The notes beneath the pieces were generated by a model. That model was not told the DNA's origin and ran no database searches. It worked only from the letters and a program-made list of their open reading frames with translations. Shown here piece by piece: positions 25,867 to 34,993 of a stretch of DNA of 64,000 nucleotides (positions within the stretch are counted from its first letter, which is position 1; each line of letters opens with the position of its first letter). Source of the DNA: a virus; the IMG/VR virus record IMGVR_UViG_3300045988_173726, positions 96,001-160,000 of that record; one strand, written 5' to 3'. The position numbers and the translations under genes are program-made.

Positions 25867-26643
25867 ATGATAACGAAGGTAAAGCTAGGGGCTACGATAG
25901 CGTTTGACTTAGAGCATGAGCGAGACATCGTAGCGTTGCTTGACGATTTACGGCAGAGTCATAAGCTCGGGGAGTATATATCGCATACGATACGGTATGC
26001 GGTAGAGCATCAAGAGGATTTTGAGAAGGAGACAAAGGTTTACGCGCGTCTTGGGGTGTCAAATCGGAGGAAAGAGTTCTTTGACAAGGCAGAGCAGTCG
26101 CTTAGAATCATAGCGGAGCGTGTAAACGAGATATATCGGGTTACGAATAACTTAAAAGCGCTGGCGCAGTTTAACAAGAAGTTAGGGTTAAATGAGCGTG
26201 TAGATTCGGCATATATGGCGCAGTTTGTGGTGCAGAAGCAGATAAACGACCTTTGCAGGATACTGGGAGTCAACAGTTTAGAGAGCAAGTTCGCGTCAAA
26301 CAAGCTTCACGACATAAATAACGACATAGACAGCGTGATTGAGTTTATCATCACCTACTATGACGGGATAGTGAGTGAGATACGGGAGAGTGTCGAGGAA
26401 GCGAAGAGCCGAGAGAGAGTCAGTGCAAGCGATAGCGCGGCAGAGATAGCGGAGTTAAAGGAACAGCTTAAGCGTTTAACGGAGAGTAGCTATCTAAAGG
26501 GCGTAGCGGACGAGGCTACAGAGGCTAAGAGAGAGAAAGCCACAGAAAGCGAGCCAGCCGTGCCGAGCGAGCCGCCCGCAGAGTTTGCGGTAGGTGATAG
26601 CGCCGATTTAGCGGGCATAGCGGATTTGGTCGGAGATATTTAA
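25867..26643 (+). CDS. Ribbon-helix-helix-like N-domain protein with coiled-coil/acidic tail
   Basis: In-frame ATG at 25867 (track start is TTG at 25837). KVKLGATIAFDLEHERDIVALLDDLRQSHKLGEYISHTIRYAV fits a strand-helix-helix layout. Confidence 0.45.
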   Translation: MITKVKLGATIAFDLEHERDIVALLDDLRQSHKLGEYISHTIRYAVEHQEDFEKETKVYARLGVSNRRKEFFDKAEQSLRIIAERVNEIYRVTNNLKALAQFNKKLGLNERVDSAYMAQFVVQKQINDLCRILGVNSLESKFASNKLHDINNDIDSVIEFIITYYDGIVSEIRESVEEAKSRERVSASDSAAEIAELKEQLKRLTESSYLKGVADEATEAKREKATESEPAVPSEPPAEFAVGDSADLAGIADLVGDI

Positions 26644-26711
26644 GGCGAGAGCGGCAGAGGGGTCTTAACGGGGCTTCTCGTAGGCGCGCGAGGCAAGAGA
26701 GGGCGAGGGAC

Positions 26712-28160
26712 ATGGGAGATAGAGTAGCGTTAGCATTCAGCCAAGATGAAGAGGAACTGCTTAACAGGGCTTATAAAGAGACAGGAGTTACAGACAGCGA
26801 ACGGGAAGGCGAGATGCTAGGGCTTTCGGAGGATAGGCTCTCTGGTAAGCTAAGGGAAAAGCTAATCTTAGACCTTACGAGGCTTCGTGGCTACGGGGAG
26901 AGCAGTAGTCTAAAAGAGGACAGCCTTTACAAAGCAGTAACGGGTTTATCGGAGAGGGAGCTTCCAGTCCCAGAGAGTGTATTTAAGGCGCTTGACGAGC
27001 GGGTTAAGGGGTTACGGCAGAAGGTAATCGGGGAGCTTGAAAAGCTCGGGCATTTTTTGCTTGACGATAAGAGCTATTCGCCTGTAATAGACGGTTTTCG
27101 GGACGGGATATATACGGCAGGGCTGGATACGGTAGTCCAGTGGTTTGACATCTACATGGTGAGCGTAGAGGCATTTAATTTCTTAACTTCAAACGGGGCT
27201 GTAAAGGTAACGGATAGAGTCCCGAATATCGCAGAGAGCGTGTTTCGGGAGCGTTTAATCGTGCGGAGAGCAGACGGTACGGTGCGGCTTGCGACAAAAC
27301 AAGAGGTTAAGAAGATGCCAGTCGGGGTCGTAAAAGAGAAGATTCGCCTTTTACCAGAGGAGAAAGAGCGTGGTGTTTTGCTTTCCGCGTGGGTAACTAC
27401 TGGAGACAACAAATATCTAAAGGCGGTGTATCCGAGTATTAAGGTTCGGGGCAAGGGAGTTCCGAATCTTAAAGAGGTTTTAGGAGAGCATTTGCAGGAG
27501 ATACGGAAGGCTCTTCGGTATATCGTAAGCTACGAGTTTTCGCACGAGGACATACGGGTTTTAATCGACACGCCAAAGGAAGTCGTTTATCTTGACAGCG
27601 CAGAGGATGAGCTTCTTGACAACGGGAAGATTATCGAGATGTTAAAGGCGGTAAAGAAGGGTACAGACCCAGACTACGGCACGGAGTACGAGAAGATAGC
27701 GTTTAATATCGCGCGGGACGCTTTGTCAAGGAAGTCGTATTGTTTAACGGAGAAGCAGTCGAAGATAATCGAGAGTGTTTACGAGAAGCTACAGGGAGCG
27801 GGGACAGAGAAGAAGAAAGCGGACAGTGAGCAAGTGGCGAAGGCGAAAGAGGTCTTAGAGGAGCTTGATAAACGGGAGACGCTTTCTGACAAGAAGCCGA
27901 GTAATTATGCGGTAATGGTTAGAGACATTGCGGGGCGCATGGCGAAGGGGTTAAAATGTTCGGAGAAACAGATAGCGGTAGTCGATAAGTTTTACGCGGG
28001 ATTCAAGAAGCGTGAGGACGGAAACGAGGCGGGTTCTCCGAGCAAAGACGGAAGTAAGAAAGTAGATAGCGTTTCCAAGGAGAGCAAAGAGAGTAGTGCA
28101 GGGAATACCGGCTCGGTTTGGGATGTCTATATGAATTTAGACGCGGCATTTGGAGGATAA
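26712..28160 (+). CDS. Hypothetical protein (482 aa)
   Basis: ATG after GAGGGCGAGGGA. Repeated C..EKQ....(V/I)..(V/F)Y motif near the C-terminus (CLTEKQSKIIESVYEKL, CSEKQIAVVDKFYAGF). Confidence 0.75.
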   Translation: MGDRVALAFSQDEEELLNRAYKETGVTDSEREGEMLGLSEDRLSGKLREKLILDLTRLRGYGESSSLKEDSLYKAVTGLSERELPVPESVFKALDERVKGLRQKVIGELEKLGHFLLDDKSYSPVIDGFRDGIYTAGLDTVVQWFDIYMVSVEAFNFLTSNGAVKVTDRVPNIAESVFRERLIVRRADGTVRLATKQEVKKMPVGVVKEKIRLLPEEKERGVLLSAWVTTGDNKYLKAVYPSIKVRGKGVPNLKEVLGEHLQEIRKALRYIVSYEFSHEDIRVLIDTPKEVVYLDSAEDELLDNGKIIEMLKAVKKGTDPDYGTEYEKIAFNIARDALSRKSYCLTEKQSKIIESVYEKLQGAGTEKKKADSEQVAKAKEVLEELDKRETLSDKKPSNYAVMVRDIAGRMAKGLKCSEKQIAVVDKFYAGFKKREDGNEAGSPSKDGSKKVDSVSKESKESSAGNTGSVWDVYMNLDAAFGG

Positions 28161-28168
28161 GAGGAAAG

Positions 28169-28381
28169 ATGGGGCTAGGGATATTGGTCGCGAGGGATGA
28201 CAACGATAGGTGGTCGTTTATCCTAAGCGATAGGCTTGAAACGCTTAACGGCATTTATGAGACGATGCAGGATAAGAGTAAGCGGGTTATGAGGGTCGTG
28301 CCTGTCGGAGATGATGCCGAGTTAGACAGGTTAAGACGGGATAAGGAATATCTAAACGAGTGGCTGAACTACTCAAGATAA
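28169..28381 (+). CDS. Hypothetical small protein
   Basis: ATG at 28169 after GAGGAAAG. The track start at 28118 overlaps the upstream gene. Confidence 0.55.
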   Translation: MGLGILVARDDNDRWSFILSDRLETLNGIYETMQDKSKRVMRVVPVGDDAELDRLRRDKEYLNEWLNYSR

Positions 28382-28965
28382 GGTCTGACTTTACAGACTA
28401 CTATGACGCACCCTGCTCGGCAGAGGGTGGTAAGGGTAGTAAAGCGGTTGTATACGACAGGTATCGTATAAACAGGACACGGATAGCGGATTTGCAGGAG
28501 CTTAGATTTCTTGGAATCAGAACGCTAGAGATAAAGCCAGTTTCAAAGGTACTGCTAAGTCGTGACGACAGGGTTTGCGTTTATACGGACTTAATGTCGC
28601 ACGGTAGAGAGGGAGTAATTAGCGTAACCTACAACGAAGCAGTAGAGATGTATCACAACAGGCTTTGTAGTACGGTAAACTGGCTCGGGTACGGGTATAT
28701 CTACAAGTATATACAGGTAGGCACGCGGAGATTTTGGATAACGACCGACAGAAACGGAAATGTGCTTGGGATGCGGGAGATGGAGTCGGGTTACAGCCTA
28801 ATACAGCTACCGATATACAGCATAGACTACATAAGCGTAGGCGGGGTGCAGACGGCGGTCGATTTTAACACAGTGCAGAGGTTGTCGGACGCGAGGCTAG
28901 AGTTTATATTGCCGTCTGCGGATGTTAGAGCGTTGGTTTACGCTTATTTGACGAGAGGGAAGTAA
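28360..28965 (+). CDS. Hypothetical protein
   Basis: GTG start overlapping the upstream ORF by 22 nt. Long ORF in the co-directional train. Confidence 0.65.
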   Translation: MAELLKIRSDFTDYYDAPCSAEGGKGSKAVVYDRYRINRTRIADLQELRFLGIRTLEIKPVSKVLLSRDDRVCVYTDLMSHGREGVISVTYNEAVEMYHNRLCSTVNWLGYGYIYKYIQVGTRRFWITTDRNGNVLGMREMESGYSLIQLPIYSIDYISVGGVQTAVDFNTVQRLSDARLEFILPSADVRALVYAYLTRGK

Positions 28966-28968
28966 GAT

Positions 28969-29838
28969 ATGGCGAAGTTAGACATAGGGCAGGCGGTTTA
29001 TAAGTTTCTTTCGGACAAGGAGTTCCGTACGATAGAGGTCAATCGGGAAGAAGATACGCGGTTTGGAAAGATATATTCCTGTGGGATACAGGTATATGAG
29101 CATGGGGATTCTTCAGCAATCTTAAAGCGTAACGAGGTATCTGGAGAGATTAGCCACTTTACGGGAGATAAGATAGACTTGCGAGAGGAGTTATCAAAGT
29201 ATGTAAAGCGTGCTAAAGTAGGAAAGGGAGTTTTAGAGGTTTATGACGACTTTTGTGCGTGCAGAAAGGTATTAGTTCCGTTTAAGCCAAGCCTCCCCGT
29301 AGACATAAAGATTTATGTAGAGGAGACTAAAGGAAAAGCCGTTATGCGGAGGGTTCGCGGGAAGATTGCTTCTGTAAAAGCGATGCTTGAGACGGTAGAG
29401 GCAGAGGGTAAGAAGGTTTTAACTTTCAAGGAGACTCTGATTTGTGAGTGCGGGAGCAGTTCTACAAAGAGCGGGACGCTAGCAACAGTAGCGATTTACG
29501 AGTATGGGAAGCGGTATCATATAACGGTCGGTTTAAGCGTGAAGTCACCGAGACTTGGAAAAGGCGAGGCGTTAAGTATGACCGAGTTCGGGTATTTTAG
29601 ACCGATTAAGCTGACGCTCGGGGGTAAAGAGGTCTTAATAGACGGAAACGGGGTATATGATACAGAGTATACGGTTTTAGCCGAGTTTACGCCAAAGGGA
29701 CTGGTAAAGACGAGTGAGCTTATCGGAGAGGACAGGAAGTTTATCGAGGAGCTTGTGAGTTATATTGCGCCGATGCGGAAGTTGATTGCGCCAGCGGGGT
29801 CGGTAGAGCCGTTTAAGGTAACGCTACTGGACAAGTAA
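28969..29838 (+). CDS. Hypothetical protein
   Basis: ATG after GAGGGAAG; 289-aa ORF. Confidence 0.7.
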   Translation: MAKLDIGQAVYKFLSDKEFRTIEVNREEDTRFGKIYSCGIQVYEHGDSSAILKRNEVSGEISHFTGDKIDLREELSKYVKRAKVGKGVLEVYDDFCACRKVLVPFKPSLPVDIKIYVEETKGKAVMRRVRGKIASVKAMLETVEAEGKKVLTFKETLICECGSSSTKSGTLATVAIYEYGKRYHITVGLSVKSPRLGKGEALSMTEFGYFRPIKLTLGGKEVLIDGNGVYDTEYTVLAEFTPKGLVKTSELIGEDRKFIEELVSYIAPMRKLIAPAGSVEPFKVTLLDK

Positions 29839-29848
29839 GGGAGTAAGT

Positions 29849-30886
29849 ATGCAGGATAGGTTAGAGGAAAAGGCGGTAGAGAATCCGTATTACGCAAAGG
29901 ATACGCTTAGACGGATGAACCGCAAGTTAAAAGTCAACTTAATCATAGACTTTGACGGTCTATTGGAATATTTTGACAGGTTACGGCACGGTAGCCTAGA
30001 GAGTAAGATACAGACAGTCGGGAATCGGCACATCAATAACACGCTAAAGTTCTATGTAAGTAAAGAGATAGAGCAGACGATGACACGCATACGGCAGTCG
30101 TGCTGGAAGCGGTTTAAGCGTAAAGTAAACATAACGGTTTCGGTTTGCTTTGATGATAACGATAAGGGTTCGATACTATCAACAAACTTCCGTGAAGTGC
30201 GGAAAGCGCGTATGGATGATAAACTTAGAGAGCGCAGGGAAGAGTTTGTAGAGTATTTTAAGAGCCTAGGCTACGGGGTTTATCAGAAGAGCGGGTATAA
30301 CGCGGACGACTTAATCTATTCGATTGTCAAAGACATGGGGTTAATCTTTGACGAGAGCGTGATTCTTACAGATGACGCGAATCTATGGCGGCTTTGCAGT
30401 CGGAATGTACGGTTCATGTTTCGGTTTCCAGACCTTACGAAGCGAGTATTTGACAATAACCTGTATAGGGCTTGCCTCCGTAGGTATGGCTATCCGATAC
30501 CGTACAACGCTCTAATGCTCTATTTCTGTTTATGCGGTGATAAGGCAAGAAAGCTCACTGGAGCAGGGTTTTCAAACGAAGAGTTCTATGTGTTTTTAGA
30601 GGAAGCGATACGGGACGGAGCTAAAGTCGAGAGTTTAAGCGTGGAGAGTGCGGTTGAAGCGGTGTTACGGGATAAGCTAAGTGGGGAAAAGCTTGAGAGT
30701 GCATTAACGGTGCTAGATTCCGAGCGGTATTTCTACACGAAGCTACAGATTTTCAGAGTAGCCTCGCCTTGGGAGAGGCGCAAGGAAGTTTATCTTGAGC
30801 ATGGGTTTGATGATTGCGCTTGCTTTAGAGACTTGTACGCTACAACGCAGTATCTAAAAAGAAAAGAGGAGGAGACTGGGGGATGA
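29849..30886 (+). CDS. 5'-3' exonuclease / flap endonuclease (PIN-like plus H3TH)
   Basis: LIIDFDGLL, SVCFDDNDKGS, GYNADDLIYSIV (EADD-like), VILTDDANLWRL (DKDL.QL-like), CLCGDKARKLTGAGF (H3TH GD..D..G-like). Confidence 0.7.
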   Translation: MQDRLEEKAVENPYYAKDTLRRMNRKLKVNLIIDFDGLLEYFDRLRHGSLESKIQTVGNRHINNTLKFYVSKEIEQTMTRIRQSCWKRFKRKVNITVSVCFDDNDKGSILSTNFREVRKARMDDKLRERREEFVEYFKSLGYGVYQKSGYNADDLIYSIVKDMGLIFDESVILTDDANLWRLCSRNVRFMFRFPDLTKRVFDNNLYRACLRRYGYPIPYNALMLYFCLCGDKARKLTGAGFSNEEFYVFLEEAIRDGAKVESLSVESAVEAVLRDKLSGEKLESALTVLDSERYFYTKLQIFRVASPWERRKEVYLEHGFDDCACFRDLYATTQYLKRKEEETGG

Positions 30887-31980
30887 TTTCAGTAGATGAC
30901 GCAGGTCTTTCGTATGATGAGTGTCTAGCGCTCGGGTTTCCGAGGGAAGTAGTGAATGGAGCGATATGGACTCTAAATATGGCAATAGGCAAGGGTTTAG
31001 GGGCGCTTACGGTAACGAAGGTAAGTGAGATATTGCTTGAGTCGGGGAATCAGAACGCTACAAACGAGAGGTTTGTGCAGATGGTGAACTATTTAGTTCG
31101 GATTAAGCTGTCTGCGAAGGATATAGAGTTTGCGGATGCGTTTAGGTCGGTATCTGGGAGAAGGAATCAGCTTAGTAGTGGGACAGCGGTTAGGGTATTA
31201 GCGTCCCACTATCGTTATATGTATAAGCATTTCGGTTTGTGCGGGGACAAGGCAGGGGATTTGTCAGAGCGAATATCGAATAGTCAGCTTCCAAAGAGTA
31301 GTGTTACGGTTTTAGCCGTGAAAGCGATAGTAGACAAGATACCCGCAGACTCAAAGTTTTGTATTTACAACTCAAGTCGGTATTTAGGTGCAGAGCGGTA
31401 TTATGATGTGCTTAGAGTCGGTAGAGCGGACAGTGACTTAGCTAGTACAAGGAAGCCCGTCTTAACGAAGGAAGAGGTGCAGGGTAGAGGGAATGTAATC
31501 TACAGTGCAGAGGGTATCGGGAAGTTAATGACTGGGAAGATGACACGGCAGGAGAGTGATGGCACGCTAAGAGACGCGGAGATACAGTTTATCCGAATCG
31601 CTAATAAGTTTGTTAGGCTATTATCTAGGTATGCTATCGTAGCGTCTACGAGAAAGCCTGCGAAGCAGTGTGGCATGAACGCAGTGATGGGAGCTGGAGG
31701 CAGTGTTATTTATGTTTACGCGGTGAGTAAGAACAATTTCGAGAGTAATCGTGTAAATTTGCGTGACGGTTCTCTAAGAGTTTATGCGTATGGGTTTACG
31801 CCGAAGCGGTTAGCGGCAGATTTAGCGAGTGTAACGAACTATATCTATCGGGAGTGCAGTGGTGTGAGGGTGGTTAGCTTCACGCCGGACTATAATTTCA
31901 ATGTAGAGTTTTTACCGGTAATCACGCAAGCGCAGAGTGTAGAGAGCGAGTTGCTGGTGCAATTTGACAGCAAGTATTAA
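30883..31980 (+). CDS. Hypothetical protein
   Basis: ATGA-coupled to the FEN-like gene; 365-aa ORF with no motif recognised. Confidence 0.7.
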   Translation: MISVDDAGLSYDECLALGFPREVVNGAIWTLNMAIGKGLGALTVTKVSEILLESGNQNATNERFVQMVNYLVRIKLSAKDIEFADAFRSVSGRRNQLSSGTAVRVLASHYRYMYKHFGLCGDKAGDLSERISNSQLPKSSVTVLAVKAIVDKIPADSKFCIYNSSRYLGAERYYDVLRVGRADSDLASTRKPVLTKEEVQGRGNVIYSAEGIGKLMTGKMTRQESDGTLRDAEIQFIRIANKFVRLLSRYAIVASTRKPAKQCGMNAVMGAGGSVIYVYAVSKNNFESNRVNLRDGSLRVYAYGFTPKRLAADLASVTNYIYRECSGVRVVSFTPDYNFNVEFLPVITQAQSVESELLVQFDSKY

Positions 31981-32370
31981 CATAAATCTTTAGCAGAACC
32001 ATTCATAAAAATAGCGCATACTTACCAAAATTTCAGTAGTTATATAGAGCTAGACCAGCATAGAAAATTTGCAATACTTAAGCAGTTTTTCAAACTTCAA
32101 CTAAAATAATTTCCTTTGAGGACACGACTAGACGAGTGCTTAGGATTTTAATAACTCTCTAAAATAGAGGCAAGACCTATATGAAAAATTGGGCAAGACT
32201 TAGGGCAAAAACGCCTATACCATCCGCTCAAAAAATTCGCCTCTAAAAGAGGGGGTTTCGGAGTAGGGCAAAGTGGGAGCGGTCTAGGGCGGGAGCTTGA
32301 GACAGCTCCTTTATCGAATATGTGTTCGAGCAAGCAGAGGTTTATGTGGCGATAGAAAATCGCGAGAGGG

Positions 32371-33552
32371 ATGGAAATGTATCGAATCGACAGTAAGAGA
32401 GATAAGCCAGACATCGGGTATTTGAGAGACGCGGTAGAGCGAGCGGTTGTAAAGCGGGGAGTTCGGCTTGACGGGAAAGTGTTTGAGCTTCGGAAGTCGC
32501 TTAATTTCGATGTAAACGATAAGCTTCGTATCTTTCGGGGTGAGTATAAGCTAGAGAATCCAAATAGCCAGAGACAGCTTGAGAGCTGTTTAACGCGAGT
32601 TTTGAGTAGTGAAGAGCTTTCGGTTTTGCGGGATAGGGATGGGAAGCTAACGACAAAGAAGGAGTGTTTGGAGCGTTTAGCGGATGAGGGGAATCGGCTT
32701 GCCTTAGATTTAATAGAGTATCGGTATGTGAAGAAGCGGGTGGAGACGATAGACAGCTTACTGTTACAGTGTGATAAATACGGTTTATTGCACCCTAACA
32801 TAACTTTAGGCGACACAAATCGTCTAAACTATGAGAAGCCTGCGCTTATGAACATCCAGAAAGACATTTTATGGGACATCATACGCCCGTATAAGGACGG
32901 GGCGAGTTTAATCAGCATAGACATTAAGAATCAAGAGCCTATGATACTGATAAACTGGCTTGGGATAGAGTCGTTAAAGGAAGCCTATCGGAAGTATAAC
33001 TGTGACCTTTATAGTGGGATTTTCGATTTGGTTTACAGGAGAATGCCAAGTGAGGAAGAGAGAGCAGAGTGTAAGGTAGCTTGGAACGCTCTGACTTACG
33101 GGACTTCTAAGCGGGCGCTTAAGGAGATGTGCTGTTTAATAGATGCAGACGAGATATATTCGTATTTCAACAAGATACCTGAGCTTAAGTCATATAGGAG
33201 TAAGTGCTACGCTTACGCAAACAACAAGATTCGTGCGTGCAGGACATATTTCGGAACTCCACTTCGTGCGACAGCGAGACAGGTCGGGCAGTTAAGCAGA
33301 CAGCTAATGGATTATCCTGTGCAGGGTACGGGTTCTGACATATTAAGTTTATTGGTAAAGCATTTTGAGACAGAGGGTATAGCGGATGGGCTTAGTTTAT
33401 ATTATACTAGGCACGATGAGCTGATTTTAGAGGCAAGTAAAGAGTATATGTCCGGCTTAAGTTTAGCAGAGCTTGAGGGACGGATGCGGGAAATCTTTCA
33501 GCATCAAGTAGACGACTGGGAACCCTTCCAGATAGAGGTGAGTGTTTTATGA
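32371..33552 (+). CDS. Family-A DNA polymerase, polymerase domain only
   Basis: LGDTNRLNYEKPALMNIQK (TGRLS..PNLQNIP-like), motif A SIDIKNQEPMIL, motif B RAECKVAWNALTYGTS, motif C TRHDELILEA. ATG at 32377 is an alternative start. Confidence 0.8.
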   Translation: MEMYRIDSKRDKPDIGYLRDAVERAVVKRGVRLDGKVFELRKSLNFDVNDKLRIFRGEYKLENPNSQRQLESCLTRVLSSEELSVLRDRDGKLTTKKECLERLADEGNRLALDLIEYRYVKKRVETIDSLLLQCDKYGLLHPNITLGDTNRLNYEKPALMNIQKDILWDIIRPYKDGASLISIDIKNQEPMILINWLGIESLKEAYRKYNCDLYSGIFDLVYRRMPSEEERAECKVAWNALTYGTSKRALKEMCCLIDADEIYSYFNKIPELKSYRSKCYAYANNKIRACRTYFGTPLRATARQVGQLSRQLMDYPVQGTGSDILSLLVKHFETEGIADGLSLYYTRHDELILEASKEYMSGLSLAELEGRMREIFQHQVDDWEPFQIEVSVL

Positions 33553-33629
33553 GTTACTATACCAAGCCTTGTACACGGGTAAGTTTTTCGCGCATATAAA
33601 AAGAATCTGCAAATTAGGAGGAAACAGAC

Positions 33630-34394
33630 ATGAAGAATAAGCAGGACACCATCCGTATTTCGGCGCTGTCACTGATGCTAACGCTTGCGGCGGCGGGCGC
33701 GACATTTACGATGGGAGAGTTTGACGCATATGCGTCCACGGTAATCAAGATGAACAGGTCGTCTTTAGCGGCGGCGCAGACTCCTGCGGTGGCACAGCCG
33801 TCCAGTAACGCGCATTGGGAGAGCGCGGACGGATACAACTGGAAGTATCGGAGAGCAGATGGTAGCTATGCTACAGGTTGGGTTAGGGACGAGGCAACGA
33901 ACGACTGGTATTATATGGACGCGCAGGGAAACATGAAAACGGGTCTGATAAGTGACGGAGGTTATAGCTATCTCCTGTCGAATCAGCACGACGGTCGTTA
34001 CGGTCACATGATTAGAAACGGTGAGTCGTTTAACGGTCACACGATTAAGGCGTGGACGGCGGGTTCTGGAAATCCCGAGGGCGCTTTAATGGGAGACGCA
34101 GAGAACGACAGGGCAATAAGGGACAGCGGTAACTATTATGTGTATAACACGGCATCGGGTACTTTGACTTATGTAGACAGCCTCGGAGGTAGCACTTCGT
34201 ATAACACAGGAGCGCAGGATACCCCGAAGCGGATTGAGGACATACCGCCCGCAGACGTTGACCCCGCGCAGGACGGGCAGTACACATTGAATCCCAACGT
34301 GGCTAGTAACAGTGAGTTTAACTGGGATACTGTAGATAGGTCGCATCCAACGATAGGTGGCAACCCATTAAATGTAAAAAGTGGCATACATTAA
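33630..34394 (+). CDS. Secreted protein with cell-wall-binding (choline-binding-type) repeats
   Basis: ATG after AGGAGGAAA. Signal peptide ...AAGATFT. Repeats NWKYRRADGSYATGWV / DWYYMDAQGNMKTGLI. Confidence 0.7.
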   Translation: MKNKQDTIRISALSLMLTLAAAGATFTMGEFDAYASTVIKMNRSSLAAAQTPAVAQPSSNAHWESADGYNWKYRRADGSYATGWVRDEATNDWYYMDAQGNMKTGLISDGGYSYLLSNQHDGRYGHMIRNGESFNGHTIKAWTAGSGNPEGALMGDAENDRAIRDSGNYYVYNTASGTLTYVDSLGGSTSYNTGAQDTPKRIEDIPPADVDPAQDGQYTLNPNVASNSEFNWDTVDRSHPTIGGNPLNVKSGIH

Positions 34395-34412
34395 ATAAAT
34401 CGGGGCGGTTTT

Positions 34413-34985
34413 ATGAGTAAGAGAAAAATCATAATTACAGTAAGTATAGCTGTTGTGGTTGTTGCGGCAGTAATTCTAGCTATGTCATTAAGAAAACATA
34501 GTAAGAATGAAGCAGATACAGAATCAACATCTGTTAGCACGAGTTCAGCCGCTAGCTCTGCTTTGAGTGAGGAGGAGTCTGGTGACAGCTTTAATACAGA
34601 CGACTTAGATACAGGGATTGCAAAAGAAGGTAGGTCAACTGGTGGTCTTGCACACGGCGTTGACGAGACAGAAGCAAGCACAGAAGCTTCCGAGCCAGAG
34701 ACTTATGCAGAGACAGATGCAGAAGGTAAGAATCTGACAGAGCCAGCACAGACTATTCCAACAGTCGAGCGGGGTTTATCCGCAAGTGAGTACGGTCAGA
34801 TAGCAGAGAGCGTACAACAGCAGAATAACGAGGCGATAACGGATACAAGTTCAGACGGTTCGGTAGGCAAGGATGTAAATGACGCTATCAGCGCGATACA
34901 GGATGCAGAGCTTGAGGCGGCGAAGCGTGCGGTTGCTTCTCCCGAGTTTCAAGCCTACTTTGAATCAGTCCACGCAAATGATTGA
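34413..34985 (+). CDS. N-terminally anchored acidic low-complexity protein
   Basis: TM segment IIITVSIAVVVVAAVILAM, then a S/E/T/D-rich region. Confidence 0.65.
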   Translation: MSKRKIIITVSIAVVVVAAVILAMSLRKHSKNEADTESTSVSTSSAASSALSEEESGDSFNTDDLDTGIAKEGRSTGGLAHGVDETEASTEASEPETYAETDAEGKNLTEPAQTIPTVERGLSASEYGQIAESVQQQNNEAITDTSSDGSVGKDVNDAISAIQDAELEAAKRAVASPEFQAYFESVHAND

Positions 34986-34993
34986 GGTGACTA

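Noticed and set aside
32148-32816. 222-aa minus-strand ORF spanning the AT-rich gap and the 5' part of the polymerase gene
   Set aside because: It is antisense to a motif-supported family-A polymerase and has a Ser/Leu/Phe-rich low-complexity composition. It has no RBS and is the only long minus-strand call in a strictly plus-strand train. It is most likely a frame artefact.
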